The position numbers and the translations under genes were made by a program. The notes below the pieces were generated by a model, which saw nothing but the letters and a program-made list of their open reading frames with translations, was not told the origin of the DNA and searched no databases. From Octopus vulgaris (lineage: Eukaryota), in contig OX597827.1 in assembly GCA_951406725.2 (NCBI GenBank), forward strand, positions 71,796,001 through 71,860,000: a stretch of DNA of 64,000 bases, read 5' to 3'. The first letter of the stretch is position 1; every line of letters begins with the position of its first letter. Shown here piece by piece: positions 1-12,732 of the stretch.

Positions 1-100
1 TATCGGAGACTAATCCTACATGTCATTTAGTTTTGTTTTTTTCTTTTTGTTTGTTTTTTTTTATATTTTCCTTTCCAAAACGATTTGTGGCTATTTCCCT

Positions 101-314
101 CTTTTACTTGTTTCAGTCATTTGACTGTGGCCATGCTGGAACACCGCCTTTAGTCGAGCAAATCAACCCCAGAGCTTATTCATTTGTAAGCCTAGTACTT
201 ATTCTATCGGTTTCTTTTGCCGAACCGCTAAGTTACGAGGACGTAAACACACGAACATCGGTTGTCAAGCGGTGTTGGGAGGACAAACACATACATACAC
301 ACAAACATAGATAC

Positions 315-347
<33 letters not shown>

Positions 348-511
348 CGACGGGCTTCTTTCAGTTTCCGTCTACCAAATCCACTCACAAGGCTTTGGTC
401 GGTCCGAGGCTATAGTAGAAGACACTTGCCCAAGGTGCCACGTAGTGGGACTGAACCTGGAACCATGTGGTTCGTAAGCAAGCTACTAACCACACAGCCA
501 CTCCTGCACCT
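101..511 (-). mobile_element. tRNA-derived SINE family A, full length, with internal (TA)/(CA) microsatellite
   Basis: Minus-strand tRNA-like head (A/B-box-like TGGCTGTGTGG...GGTTCAGTCCC), CORE-like CACCTTGGGCAAGTG and AGTAAAAG tail. About 15 similar copies occur in the window. Confidence 0.85.
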
Positions 512-748
512 ATTTCTTGTAGATTCCCTCAATGTTGTTCTTGCTGCTGTTGTTTGTGAGGGCGGCAGCAGTGGTGGTGGCAATGGTATTAGTAATGATA
601 GAGTTATAGTTGTTGTTGCTTGTGAAGGTGGTGGCGGTGGTGGTGTTTGTAGCTGTGTTGTTGCTGTGGACGGTGGACATGCTTATTGGTGAAGGTGCTA
701 TTTGTTTTTGTCCACCGTCCACAGCATGTCCACCGTCTACAGCAACCT

Positions 749-984
749 ATTTCTTTACTACCCACCAAGGGGCTAAACACAGAGAGGACAAACAAGGACA
801 GACAAACGGATTAAGTCAATTATATCGACCACAGTGCGTAACTGGTACTTAATTTAATCGATCCCGAAAGGATGAAAGGCAAAGTCGACCTCGGCGGAAT
901 TTGAACTCAGAACGTAGCGGCAGACGAAATACTGCTAAGCATTTCGCCCGGCGTGCTAACGTTTCTGCAAACTCGTCCCGCCTT
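749..984 (-). mobile_element. tRNA-derived SINE family B
   Basis: Matches the repeated consensus GGCGGCGAGCTGGCAGAAACG...GCCTTTCATCCTTTCGGGGTCGAT...AAAGAAATA, seen about 20 times in the window. Confidence 0.85.
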
Positions 985-1573
985 CTTGGCAGCGGTAGCA
1001 GCAACAACGGCGACAGCGGCAGGTGTAGCGACGGCAGCGGTGTCAGTGGCAGGAGTGAGTGGAACAGCGGCAGCAGTGGCAGCAGTAGCAACGGTGGTAG
1101 CACTTGTAGCGACGGCAGCGGTGGCTGAGGCGGCGGCGCCGGCGCCGGCAGCAGCAGCAGCAGCAGCAATAACAGTCAAAACAGAAGCTTCGCCTCCAAT
1201 GCCTCTGTTACTACTACCACCACCACTTAACAACACTATAACAACAACACAAATACCATCAGAGCATCAATAACAATAATAACACCACCGCCAACACTAC
1301 ATCCGTTACCACCACTACCACCACCACCACCACCACCACCACCACCACCACCAACAACAACAATAACAACGCCACCGACACGGCCAACAGCATTAACAAC
1401 GCAATGATCGAGCTCTACGGTAACAACAACGCCATGACCATCACCAGTAACAACAACAGCAGCAATAACAGTTACAATATAATGCTGAAAACACCAATTG
1501 CGGCAAATACAAAGAAAAACTCAATCAGAAACCGAAAAAGCCATCTCATTATATTTCTACTTCTTTCACACCT

Positions 1574-1674
<101 letters not shown>

Positions 1675-1756
1675 TGTATGTATGTATGTAAGTATGTATA
1701 TATGCATGCATGCATGTATGTATGCATGTATTTATATATATATATACATATGTATT

Positions 1757-1825
<69 letters not shown>

Positions 1826-1885
1826 TGTATGTATGTATGTATGTATGTATATATGCATGTGTGTGTATATATTCTTCCCTTAATC

Positions 1886-1924
<39 letters not shown>

Positions 1925-1968
1925 CTCTCCCACTTTCTTTCTCTCCCTTTCTCTTTTTCTTTCTCTGC

Positions 1969-2013
<45 letters not shown>

Positions 2014-3022
2014 TCAGTTTGATGTTTCAAATTCTCTCAAAGGTATTAACATTCATGGACGGCTGAGAAATTCGGTGAGAATCTGGTCTAATTCATATAT
2101 TGTGTTACGAGGCAAACTAGCTTCGCCCATTACATTACCCTCAGGAACGAAGAGCGTAGTTTGGCCTCGATCTGAAACAAGCCACAAGTTAGCCTCGTTC
2201 TGGTACATGCCAACTCTGCACAAATCCGTCCATTTTAAGCAGTGGTTCTTGCGTTTTATTTTTCCGTTATTTATTCATTTATTTTTAGTTTTATCCTTCT
2301 TTCTTTCTCCCTTTATATTTCGTTGTATGTTTTATATTGTTATTTTCCCATTTAAGTATTATTTCGTTTCTCCCTGTATGTTTTAGCATTAATGCCAAAT
2401 ACAGCATACGACAACGCTGTCAATATTTGACTATTTTGTTTTCTGCTACTCTCTCTTCCTGCACTCCTCTCACACACTCCCTTAATCTTTTATTCAATAC
2501 AATTTCTCCCTCCTACACCCTTTCTATCTAACAGTCTGTCTGTATCACAGTTATTTATCTCATTCTTTTATTTATGTTTTTATTACTATCATTTCACTCC
2601 TTTCCACCGTATTACGATAGATATCAGATATTCCAGCGAGACTGACAGTTTTAACCAATCCCCATCCCCCCACCGTTCTCATTAAATAACTAATATGGCT
2701 CTAAGTTTACTCACCTCATCTATGCTAGAACAACGAACGGTTCGCTGAAATGTCCCCTAACGTGGTAGACATGCAAATATATCAAAGACACATACATGTT
2801 AATACATTAATTCATATCCATGCATGTATGTACGCTTGTACTTACATATGTATCTAGGAATGTATGCATGTATATGCATATTATACTATATATATATATA
2901 TATATATATATATGCATACAAGTACATGAATATATATATATATGTATACATGGCTGTATACAGAGATGTACTTAGAATTTACCTTGTTTCAAAAGCATCC
3001 CTCCACACGTACATACGCACAC

Positions 3023-3066
<44 letters not shown>

Positions 3067-3280
3067 ATATATATGTAGATATACATAATACATATATATA
3101 CATACATATATATATACATTATATATGTATATATATATATTATATATATACATATATATATTATATATATATACATATATATAATATATTATGTATATAT
3201 ATATACATATATATATAATATTATATATGTATATATATATATATATTATATATATATGTATATATATTATATATATATAT

Positions 3281-3321
<41 letters not shown>

Positions 3322-3558
3322 CAGACAGACATGTATGTATGTATGTGTATGTATGTATGTATGTATGTATGTATGTATGTATGTATGTATGTATCATTGT
3401 TCCTGTCGTTTAGAGCGATGGGATGTTTGCGAAATGAGGAAATTGTGCTTAAAATTGTGCTTTCTAGATAATCTCACCTAATGAGGAAATTACACTCCAG
3501 GGAAATGATAACAACGGGAAAGCAACAAGCAATCAACAGCAGCAGCAGCAGCAGTGGC

Positions 3559-3601
<43 letters not shown>

Positions 3602-4094
3602 AGGTTTGCTTTGTATCTGAGTGGTGTGAGCCTATCTGTTTTTGTCAACTATTTGTTGTTGTTTTTTTTCGTTGCTTTATTTTTATAATTTCATTTTATT
3701 TACGTTTTTTTTGTCTTTTATTTTTTATTTTTGCTGCTTGTAGTGTTCCCGGTAACACTTGGAAAGGATTTCTCAAACGGCACAAATTTATACAGACGTA
3801 CATGTGTGTATATTAATGTGTATTTGTGTGTGTGTGCGTGCGTGTCTGTGTGTTGTGCTGTTTGTGTTTGGGGAGGTGTCGTCTAATGGTCGCGTAAGTT
3901 ATATCTCACTCTTCCGCTTACTACCTTCGGAAAGGGGTTTTTAAACCGAAATATTAGTAACAAATAATTTAAAGTTAACATTCAATATCTTCGCTATGAT
4001 CTATATTTTACATTCACTCTTCAACCCGCATAGCTATCTCCAATAGCGGCAATACACACACACGCACACACACACACACATATATATATATATA

Positions 4095-4300
4095 ACTGCA
4101 TGTTATTGTTAGCGATTTTTTTTCTCTTTCGTCTTAGACTTTCCTGATTCTTCCTATTTCCGAAGAAGAGCCTATGCTCGAAACATAAAACTTCAACTCT
4201 TTTCCTTCTCTGAGCGTCTTATTAATACATTGCTTATGCCACGTCCAACATTTGTTAGTATTTTTCTTTTTCCTTGTGTTTTTTTAATTGATTATACATA
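4095..4300 (+). mobile_element. Small hammerhead-like element, subfamily E1 (Penelope pLTR-like), degenerate
   Basis: CCGAAGA-A-GAGC-CTAT-GCTC-GAAAC near 4160-4185 and a 3' part shared with the copies at 7855, 23050 and 57861. Flanked by microsatellites. Confidence 0.6.
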
Positions 4301-4415
4301 CACATACACTCATATGTGTATATATGTGTATATAACTCTTATTATGTATATACATTTATATATATATGCGTGTGTCTGTGTGTGTATGTATTATGTATGT
4401 ATGTATGTATGTATG

Positions 4416-4473
<58 letters not shown>

Positions 4474-4476
<3 letters not shown>

Positions 4477-4650
4477 CGGAAAGATTTACGAAAATAAACA
4501 AAAGATGAAGGCAGGTGGAGTACAAACAAACAAATGTATTAGTAAGTCTTTTACGTTTCGAGCCTACGCTCTTCGACAGAAAGATACACAGAAAAAAACA
4601 AGGAGAGAAAAAAAATGTGTGTAGGAGCTAACGATCTATCATGGCGTCCT
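4474..4650 (-). mobile_element. Small hammerhead-like element, subfamily E2
   Basis: Minus strand TCTTT-CTGTCGA-A-GAGC-GTAG-GCTC-GAAA-CG-TA-AAAGA, similar to 57480-57690. Flanked by (TA)n. Confidence 0.55.
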
Positions 4651-4948
4651 GTATATATATATGGTATTAATACCGTGATTTGATATTTTCCCCCAGTTAA
4701 ACGCGGATGTCCTGTTAGAACGGGAGTTTCTCTCATGGTAACTACCGCAGTATAGTTTGTTCTGACAGAACATCCACTTTTAAGAGGGAATGAATATTAT
4801 CTCTCGATATGTGTTGTGTCTGTGTGTGCGTGTGTATGCATGCATATATGAATGCATGTAAGTGTCTATGCGTCTAAATGTATGTGCATGTGCGTTTCTC
4901 TCGGTATGCAAATGTATAAACATACATACATACATACAATATATCGTG

Positions 4949-5015
<67 letters not shown>

Positions 5016-5120
5016 ATATGTATGTATGTGTATATATATATATATATATATGTGTGTTGTGTCTGTATGTGTGTGTTATATATTGAATACAATAGTAGAA
5101 AAGCGACTTACGTATATAAC

Positions 5121-5208
<88 letters not shown>

Positions 5209-5597
5209 CAAACAGATTGATTGATAAAACAGACAGACAGGTAAGCAGACAGACAGGCTGAGAGATCAATCGATCAAAGCTATGTGATCGATAATATTAG
5301 ATTGATACAAACTAGCGGTGCGCATTGGTTCTACTACGATTTTTAGAAATATTGTGAAAGAGATAGATTTGTTCTCCACGTTTTGAAAGAGGGTGCACAG
5401 TTTGACACTGGTGGCACCTGTTTGTTTCGGTTGAATTGGTATGAAATGATGTGGAGCGAGGTTCTTTTCACTTTCACTCATAGAAAGTGATTTTGTTGCT
5501 CGGTCTGTAACTGATACATGTATTAAAGTCATGTTATATTGTAGAGCTGAGGATTATGTTTACATTAGTTCATAGTCTAAAAGATATTGTAAATGTA

Positions 5598-6164
5598 TTG
5601 GGTTGTCCGGAAAGTTCGTGCCGATTTATAGTAGCTTACCTTTTCGACTTATTTTAGAACATGGTTGAGTCCATGAAATAGGATTTGACTACACCTCCAT
5701 TTAGAACACAGTTTAAGCTATCTTTTCGTGGAAGAAGGTTTATCTTCCTATAAACTGTGTTAATTCTGTAACCTTTTAAAGTGGAAGATAAGAAAGTTCA
5801 TTTTCGGCATTTGATGCTTTAGGAACCAGACAAAAATTGCTGCAGCTCGGCTGGGATGTGTTACCCCACCTTCCATATTCACCAGATATTGCTCCTTCGG
5901 ATTTCCACTTATTCAGGTCTCTACAGAATAGACTTAATGGTAAATATTTCAATTCCTTGGATGACGTAAAAAGACACCTTGATGAATTCTTTGCCATGAA
6001 ACCACCTCAGTTCTGGGAAGAGGATATTTTCAAGTTAAAGGAAAGATGGAGACGCATTGTGCAACAAAATGGTTCATATTTGGTTGATTAAAAATGTAAT
6101 GGCAAGTGTTTATTGACCTTTTTCTTTCCTTTAAAAATCGACACGAACTTTCCGGACAACCCAG
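5598..6164 (+). mobile_element. Non-autonomous internally deleted mariner element
   Basis: TIRs TTGGGTTGTCCGGAAAGTTCGTGCCGATTT with TA target duplication. The transposase N-terminus (EDKKVHFRHLML) is joined to the C-terminus containing WDVLPHLPYSPDIAPSDFHLF. Confidence 0.92.
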
Positions 6165-6300
6165 TAGTATATTCTGAGTCATTGACGGTGCCTCTGTGTG
6201 GTCCGCGATATCTTATCAGAAATAGCAGACAATTTTTCCTTCTAAATTCAATCTACCCTTCTAAAATGATAATAAGTCTTTCCAAAACACTTGTGAAGTA

Positions 6301-6564
6301 TATTTGCCGCTTAGATGTGGCTAACCGTTAAGGGTTGATGCTACTGTAGCTTGTAGCCCCAGGAGGACACCTCCTCCAGCTGGCTATTGATACACTTTCT
6401 GTGCCCTATCAGTATTTGCAAAGGAACGTCATCCTTCCCATCTCCAGGCTGACGTGATACAAACGGACCCGGATTTCTGGCCACTTAAATGTAGCTAACC
6501 CTTGAGGGTTACCCACTTAAATATGGCTAACCCTTAAGGGTTAGCCACTTCTAAGGGGCAAATA
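6301..6564. mobile_element. MITE with ~35-bp terminal inverted repeats
   Basis: TATTTGCCGCTTAGATGTGGCTAACCGTTAAGGG matches the reverse complement of the right end with 3 mismatches. The palindromic GCTAACCCTTAAGGGTTAGC motif is repeated subterminally. Confidence 0.7.
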
Positions 6565-7005
6565 TAGTTGACAATGTCGTGCAGCTACTGTTTATACCTC
6601 ACTCAGAGATTTATTATTGCTCTTTTACTTGTTTCAGTAATTTGACTGTAGCCATGCTGGAGCACCGCCTTTTAGTCGAGCAAATCGACCCCAGGACTTA
6701 TTCTTTGTAAGCCTAGTACTTATTCTATCGGTCTCTAAGATTATCTCTCCTACAAGACCAGTGTCTTACCCCCTTACCTTTTCACCATCACCCTTAAACG
6801 TTTACCTTTTTATTTTCCCTCTTCCCCTTACCATCCTTTTCTGCCATTACCTTGTCTATTGCTTTTCCTCCCCACATACTAATCTTCGCCTACACAATTA
6901 TACTGTCCGTAACGATACATCATTACATTCCACGATAGTACACCATTTTACTACACTACTTTGCCAGCACATTGCTACATCCACCAGACGAACCAAAAGT
7001 ACTTT

Positions 7006-7049
7006 ACAGTCTGACGAAGGCTACTAAACCGAAACTTCGATATCATTGT
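7006..7049 (+). ncRNA. Degenerate minimal type I hammerhead ribozyme in a Penelope-like 3' end
   Basis: ACAGT-CTGACGA-AGG...CC-GAAA-CTTCGATA-TC-ATTGT. Stem I ACAGU/AUUGU pairs, while stems II and III are weak. Confidence 0.55.
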
Positions 7050-7142
7050 CAACCTTTTCCTTGTAAACATTATGTAAATATACAAGTGTGTGTGTGTGTG
7101 AACAACAAAACGCCATAAATTAGAAACTCCTAAACAAGTATT

Positions 7143-7533
7143 GGATGGATGGAAACACTCCGTCGGTTACGACGACGAGGGTTCCGGTTGATCCGAATCA
7201 ACGGAACAGCCTGCTCGTGAAATTAACGTGTAAGTGGCTGAGCACCCCACAGACACGTGTACCCTTAACGCAGTTCCCGGGGATATTCAGCGTGACACAG
7301 AGAGTGACAAGGCCGGCCCTTTGAAATACAGGTACAACAGAAACAGGAAGTAAGAGTGAGAGAAAGTTGTGGCGAAAGAGTACAGCAGGGATCACCACCA
7401 TCCCTGCCGGAGCCTCGTGGAGCTTTTAGGTGTTTTCGCTCAATAAACACTCACAACGCCCGGTCTGGGAATCGAAACCGCGATCCTACGACCGCGAGTC
7501 CGCTGCCCTAACCACTGGGCCATTGCGCCTCCA
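7143..7533 (-). mobile_element. tRNA-derived SINE family C, full length
   Basis: Head GGAGGCGCAATGGCCCAGTGGTTAGG...GGTTTCGATTCCC, (TCCA)n tail and 13-bp TSD CTAAACAAGTATT. Confidence 0.9.
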
Positions 7534-7778
7534 CTAAACAAGTATTACTCTTACCGGAATTAGAATCCTGTGAAGGATAAAAATGCAACATCAATGCGTA
7601 ATAAAATATATGCAGCAAAACCGCTATAAACTAAGAAACCAAGAACGCTTACACAAATTTCAAAGATTTATAGTCAACAAGCACATCAAATGTATACATC
7701 CATCATCAGCTGGTTACCGGATATCATTATTGTTTCGATACTTGCGCGGTATCATTCAACCTGGTGGCGTCAACCTTG

Positions 7779-7843
<65 letters not shown>

Positions 7844-7854
7844 ATCTCTTTCAA

Positions 7855-8064
7855 CATGTGATCTCTTGAGCACCACCAGCAAAAATATTTTTTTCCTCTG
7901 TCTTCCCTTCTCGGGATCTTTCCTTCTCCTTTGTTTCCGACGAAGAGCTCCGCTCGAAACGTTAAACCCTCCTTCCCTTCTTTCCTGAGCGTCAAATAAT
8001 ACTTTAATTGTTCCACGTCCTCGCGTTGCTGTGTTTTTTTTTCTGTGTTTTCTTGTTTGGATTA

Positions 8065-8068
<4 letters not shown>
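7855..8068 (+). mobile_element. Small hammerhead-like element, subfamily E1
   Basis: GTTT-CCGACGA-A-GAGC-TCC-GCTC-GAAA-CG-TT-AAAC at about 7933-7967. The element ends in (TA)n. Confidence 0.65.
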
Positions 8069-8150
<82 letters not shown>

Positions 8151-8162
<12 letters not shown>

Positions 8163-8489
8163 AATGAGGTAATCAGATCAGATGGTTCATATTTGTAGAT
8201 ATTTATTTATATATTACATTTTTTACATATATATCATATCATTCAGATCATATCATTCGGATTTCGGATTAGCGCTTTCTCCCAATCTAGTGGGCTTTTC
8301 AAATCGTTTTGAAAAGCCCACTAGATTGGGAGAAAGCGCTAATCCGAAATCCGAATGATATGATCTGAATGATATGATATATATGTAAAAAATGTAATAT
8401 ATAAATAAATATCTACAAATATGAGCCATCTGATCTGATTACCTCATTTTTTCTAATATATAATACCTGTACATCATCTCCAAACCTTC

Positions 8490-8491
<2 letters not shown>
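8151..8491. mobile_element. Fold-back element in (TA)n with 153-bp inverted arms and a hammerhead-like core
   Basis: Arms 8151-8303 and 8308-8460 with one mismatch noted, a 4-nt loop, a 31-nt tail and (TA)n on both sides. Confidence 0.85.
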
Positions 8492-8567
<76 letters not shown>

Positions 8568-8640
8568 ATATGTATATATGGTAGATTAGCTTATAATGAC
8601 GCATTGTGGGATGCAAACACAACGAAAATCTTGTACTTAC

Positions 8641-8793
8641 GTGCATTGCCTAAAGAGAAGCTGTCCGTGTCATCAATATCTTCACTGACGGCGTTCAGCT
8701 TTATCTGTGTTGAGCTTTCCATTGTGTTAAAACGGCCAACAGCAAAACGAAACGCCGTTTTTATCTTCTCCGATTCAATATCAAACACAGAGC
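8641..8793 (-). CDS. Internal coding exon of an ionotropic glutamate receptor (AMPA/kainate-like), start of the amino-terminal domain
   Basis: Acceptor ttcgcAG|GC and donor C|GTAAGT, 153 nt, phase 1-1. Translation (G)[50 protein letters not shown] resembles the vertebrate GRIA exon-2 segment GGLF...SAFR...NSFAVTNA, with equivalent intron positions from memory. Confidence 0.85.
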
Positions 8794-8880
8794 CTGCGAA
8801 TGAAGGTAAGTAAAGAAAGAAGGTAAATGAATGGAACATGAGTGTGCGTGTGTGTATGGGGTGGGGGAAGATGAGTGAAG

Positions 8881-8922
<42 letters not shown>

Positions 8923-8947
8923 GTAGGTAGGTAGGTAGGTAGGTAGG

Positions 8948-9041
<94 letters not shown>

Positions 9042-9052
9042 GATAGATAGAT

Positions 9053-9680
9053 ATGTTTCTTTATTAGCCACACAGGGCTGCACACAGATAGAACAAATTA
9101 CAAGGTAGAGCTTTTCTTTTGAAGGTTAAAAAAAAAAAGGAAAGAAAGAGGGGGGGAGTTTCGATCAAAAGGGATCGTAAAAGGAGAGAAAGAGGACAAA
9201 TAAAAGGGGGGGTTAAAAAAAGGGGGAGAGGAAAAAAAAATTGATCAATAGGTATCGTTATCACAGAAATGTCAATATGAAGTGTAAAGGGGAGGACAGG
9301 TGAGGTTTACCCGTGGAAAGAAAAGCCTACGGAAAAGACCACGGTAACCTCGGTCAATGAAGTCACATGTTATATTTCTTTTTTTTTTTCTTTTTTTTTG
9401 CAAATAAGCAACTCTCTGTATTAATTTTTATGGTTCATAGAAACATAGTCAAGGTGGCTTCGTCATTCATACGTGCCATCCTTGCTACATTCACCCATCT
9501 TTTTTTAAAACATTCACTAGACAAAACTTGCCTCTCTACTCTCACTTTCCTCTTCAAGTGATACTTGAAGAAGTTGATGAGAGATTGACCAGAGAGGAAA
9601 GTGTTTGTCTCTAATCCTTTCAGGCGCGTCCACCAGATACATTCTTTCGCCATAGCCACAAGTATGATAAAAATAGCTCT

Positions 9681-9681
<1 letters not shown>
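9053..9681 (-). mobile_element. 5'-truncated Tx1/L1-like LINE (ORF2 C-terminus plus 3' UTR) inserted in (GATA)n
   Basis: Minus-strand peptide [10 protein letters not shown]...FKKRW, stop at about 9435, 3' UTR ending AATAAAGAAACAT. GATA repeats lie on both sides. Confidence 0.7.
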
Positions 9682-9715
<34 letters not shown>

Positions 9716-9729
9716 GTAGGTAGGTAGAT

Positions 9730-9815
<86 letters not shown>

Positions 9816-9826
9816 GGTAGGTAGGT

Positions 9827-9914
<88 letters not shown>

Positions 9915-9915
<1 letters not shown>

Positions 9916-10285
9916 TGTTTCTTTATTAGCCACACAGGGCTGCACACAGACAGGACAAATTACAAGGTAGATCTTTTCTTTTTTGGGAGAAAAAAAGGGG
10001 GTAGGTTTTCGATCAAAAGGGATCGTAAAAAGGAAAGAAAAGGGAAAGAGAAAGAGGAAAGAAAGAAAAAGAAAAAAAGAAAAGAGAGAGGAAAAAATCG
10101 ATCAATAGGGATCGTGTATCACAAAAATGTCATGATATAAAGTGCAAAGGGGGAAACAGATGAGGTTTATCCGTGGAAAGAAAAGCCTACGGAAAAGACC
10201 ACGGTAACCTCGGTCATTAATGTCACATGTTAACACATTTATTTAACATGTGACATTATTGACCGAGGTTACCGTGGTCTTTTCC
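9915..10285 (-). mobile_element. Second, shorter copy of the same LINE 3' UTR with a fold-back at its 5' end
   Basis: Homologous to 9053-9370. It has 43-bp inverted arms at 10191-10233 and 10243-10285 and is flanked by (GATA)n. Confidence 0.75.
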
Positions 10286-10374
<89 letters not shown>

Positions 10375-11306
10375 TACAAGAAGATTTTTTCGACATCTTC
10401 TGTTTGCATAAAACGGAGTCAACAGTTTAAGAGATGGTATGCACCCAGAACAGTCCAATCTGTTTTCACCACTGTTCCCTATCTTTGGAAAGACCAAACA
10501 GCTACGCTAAGTCTAATATTACATCTGGCTAGACCCTAATTAATTTGTGAAATTTCTGTCTTTTATGAAGCTCCTTAAATATGATAAAACTCCAGAGATT
10601 TATTCTTATGATTCAAAAGAGTTATCAGTGAGTGATATTTGTTTGATGTTCTCCGAGCATGTTCACTCAGAATTAATTATTTTGAACGTGAGCTGCTATC
10701 GGCTGAGAAAGTCTGCTCGCCTGCAATTAGCGTTCATTATATTTACGTTTTATGGCAAATGAACACACAAGTGTAAACCTTAAGAGAAAAACAAGATAAC
10801 TACAAAAATAAAAAGCTTTTAGACAAAGATGCCAATTAACTAGGGTGGCGTTGCAGCACGTAAAAATTTGTTATATTTGGAATTTCAGTCTGTGATAGAA
10901 TTAAAATGCTGTGTTTTCAAAGAAGTCTTTGAAACGGTTCCGCTGAATAGTAAAGAGAGGTGGACAACACAGAAATGCTAACACTAAGTTGATACAGCAC
11001 AACCCATGCCATCACCACCCCAACACTAAAACACATACCACTAAATACCACTGATCAAACAGCAGATACAAAGCTCAAACAACTATCCAGCGAAATAACA
11101 CAAACTCACGCTTAAAAGTATTCTGTAAAACAGACGAAATGATAACATGACAAGAATAAGACAGACCCTCTCACAACAAAGCGAATCTGATGCAGTATAG
11201 TAGCCATGTGACAAAGACACGGTTACACATATTCCCCAAAAGGCACAGAGATGCACAGCCAGCAGGAAATTGGTGCTAGAGTAGAAATTCGTATAAAGTT
11301 CTAGGG

Positions 11307-11895
<589 letters not shown>

Positions 11896-12075
11896 GTGCC
11901 ATTGTTACCAAGTGACCGATATTTCGGCATCTATCGTGCCTTCCACAGCATTTTGCCCGGCGCGGTCACGAAAAACCCACAAAAAACCACGGGTGCTTCA
12001 CCGACAGGGAAAGAGCCCTTCTCCTTTAATTTCCTTTTTTTTTTACAGGTGTATGGTCAGAATTGCTCCTTTCCC

Positions 12076-12110
<35 letters not shown>

Positions 12111-12112
<2 letters not shown>

Positions 12113-12666
12113 GCTCTGATGCAGTACCAGGCAGTGGCTCTCATGGCTTCGGATCTTAACTGATTGGAAGTGTTATCATGTACATTGTTTTGTCTTGGTA
12201 TAAAAGATGGGCTACAGCAAATATTCTGCTCAATACCACAGATTTGCTTGTCAGTTGTTTGACTTTAACCAGTTGAGCATGTCCCTTAGTGGCTGACGAT
12301 ATGTGCATCTCTGATCACGAGCAGAAGTAGTGGGGGAGCATCATAGCCATGTGTTGAGAGGGATTCTTTGGGGTTTGAATAATTCACCTCTGGAAACATG
12401 GGTGTGTCGTTCAACATCCTTAAGCAACCCTTATTCATGGGCCTTTTGAGCGGGATGGGCTACTCAACCTGAAGAAAATTCTAACTGGGCCCCACCTGCA
12501 AGGTCATGTGCTGTTTATCTTGATATGAGATCACCATGTCGCGCACATATGGTTGTGATGCATGTGCCTGGTGTACCTTTATCAGACGGGTAGTCATGAT
12601 GGGTATATTGGGCTTCGTATATTTTACCCCAGTGTCACTTTGATGGCATGCACTGCTCTCTCACTC
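12111..12666 (+). mobile_element. (TAA)n-embedded retroelement 3' segment, probably an R4/Dong-type 3' UTR or non-autonomous derivative
   Basis: Nearly identical to 32784-33256, with the same 3' end (CTCTCTCACTC) and different 5' starts. (AAT)n lies on both sides. Confidence 0.7.

Positions 12667-12731
<65 letters not shown>

Positions 12732-12732
<1 letters not shown>

Noticed and set aside
33-692. 219-aa ORF and similar recurring peptides (RLPNPLTR, RPRKDERQSRPRRNLNSE)
   Set aside because: They are translations of SINE A and SINE B copies.
2715-2744. Possible 30-nt minus-strand microexon (CAG|...|GTGAGT)
   Set aside because: It has a stop in the phase needed to follow the iGluR exon and no homology.
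3916-3960. Hammerhead-like stems with GAAA-UA-UU (also 19100-19130)
   Set aside because: The core is missing or incomplete, so it is too degenerate to call.
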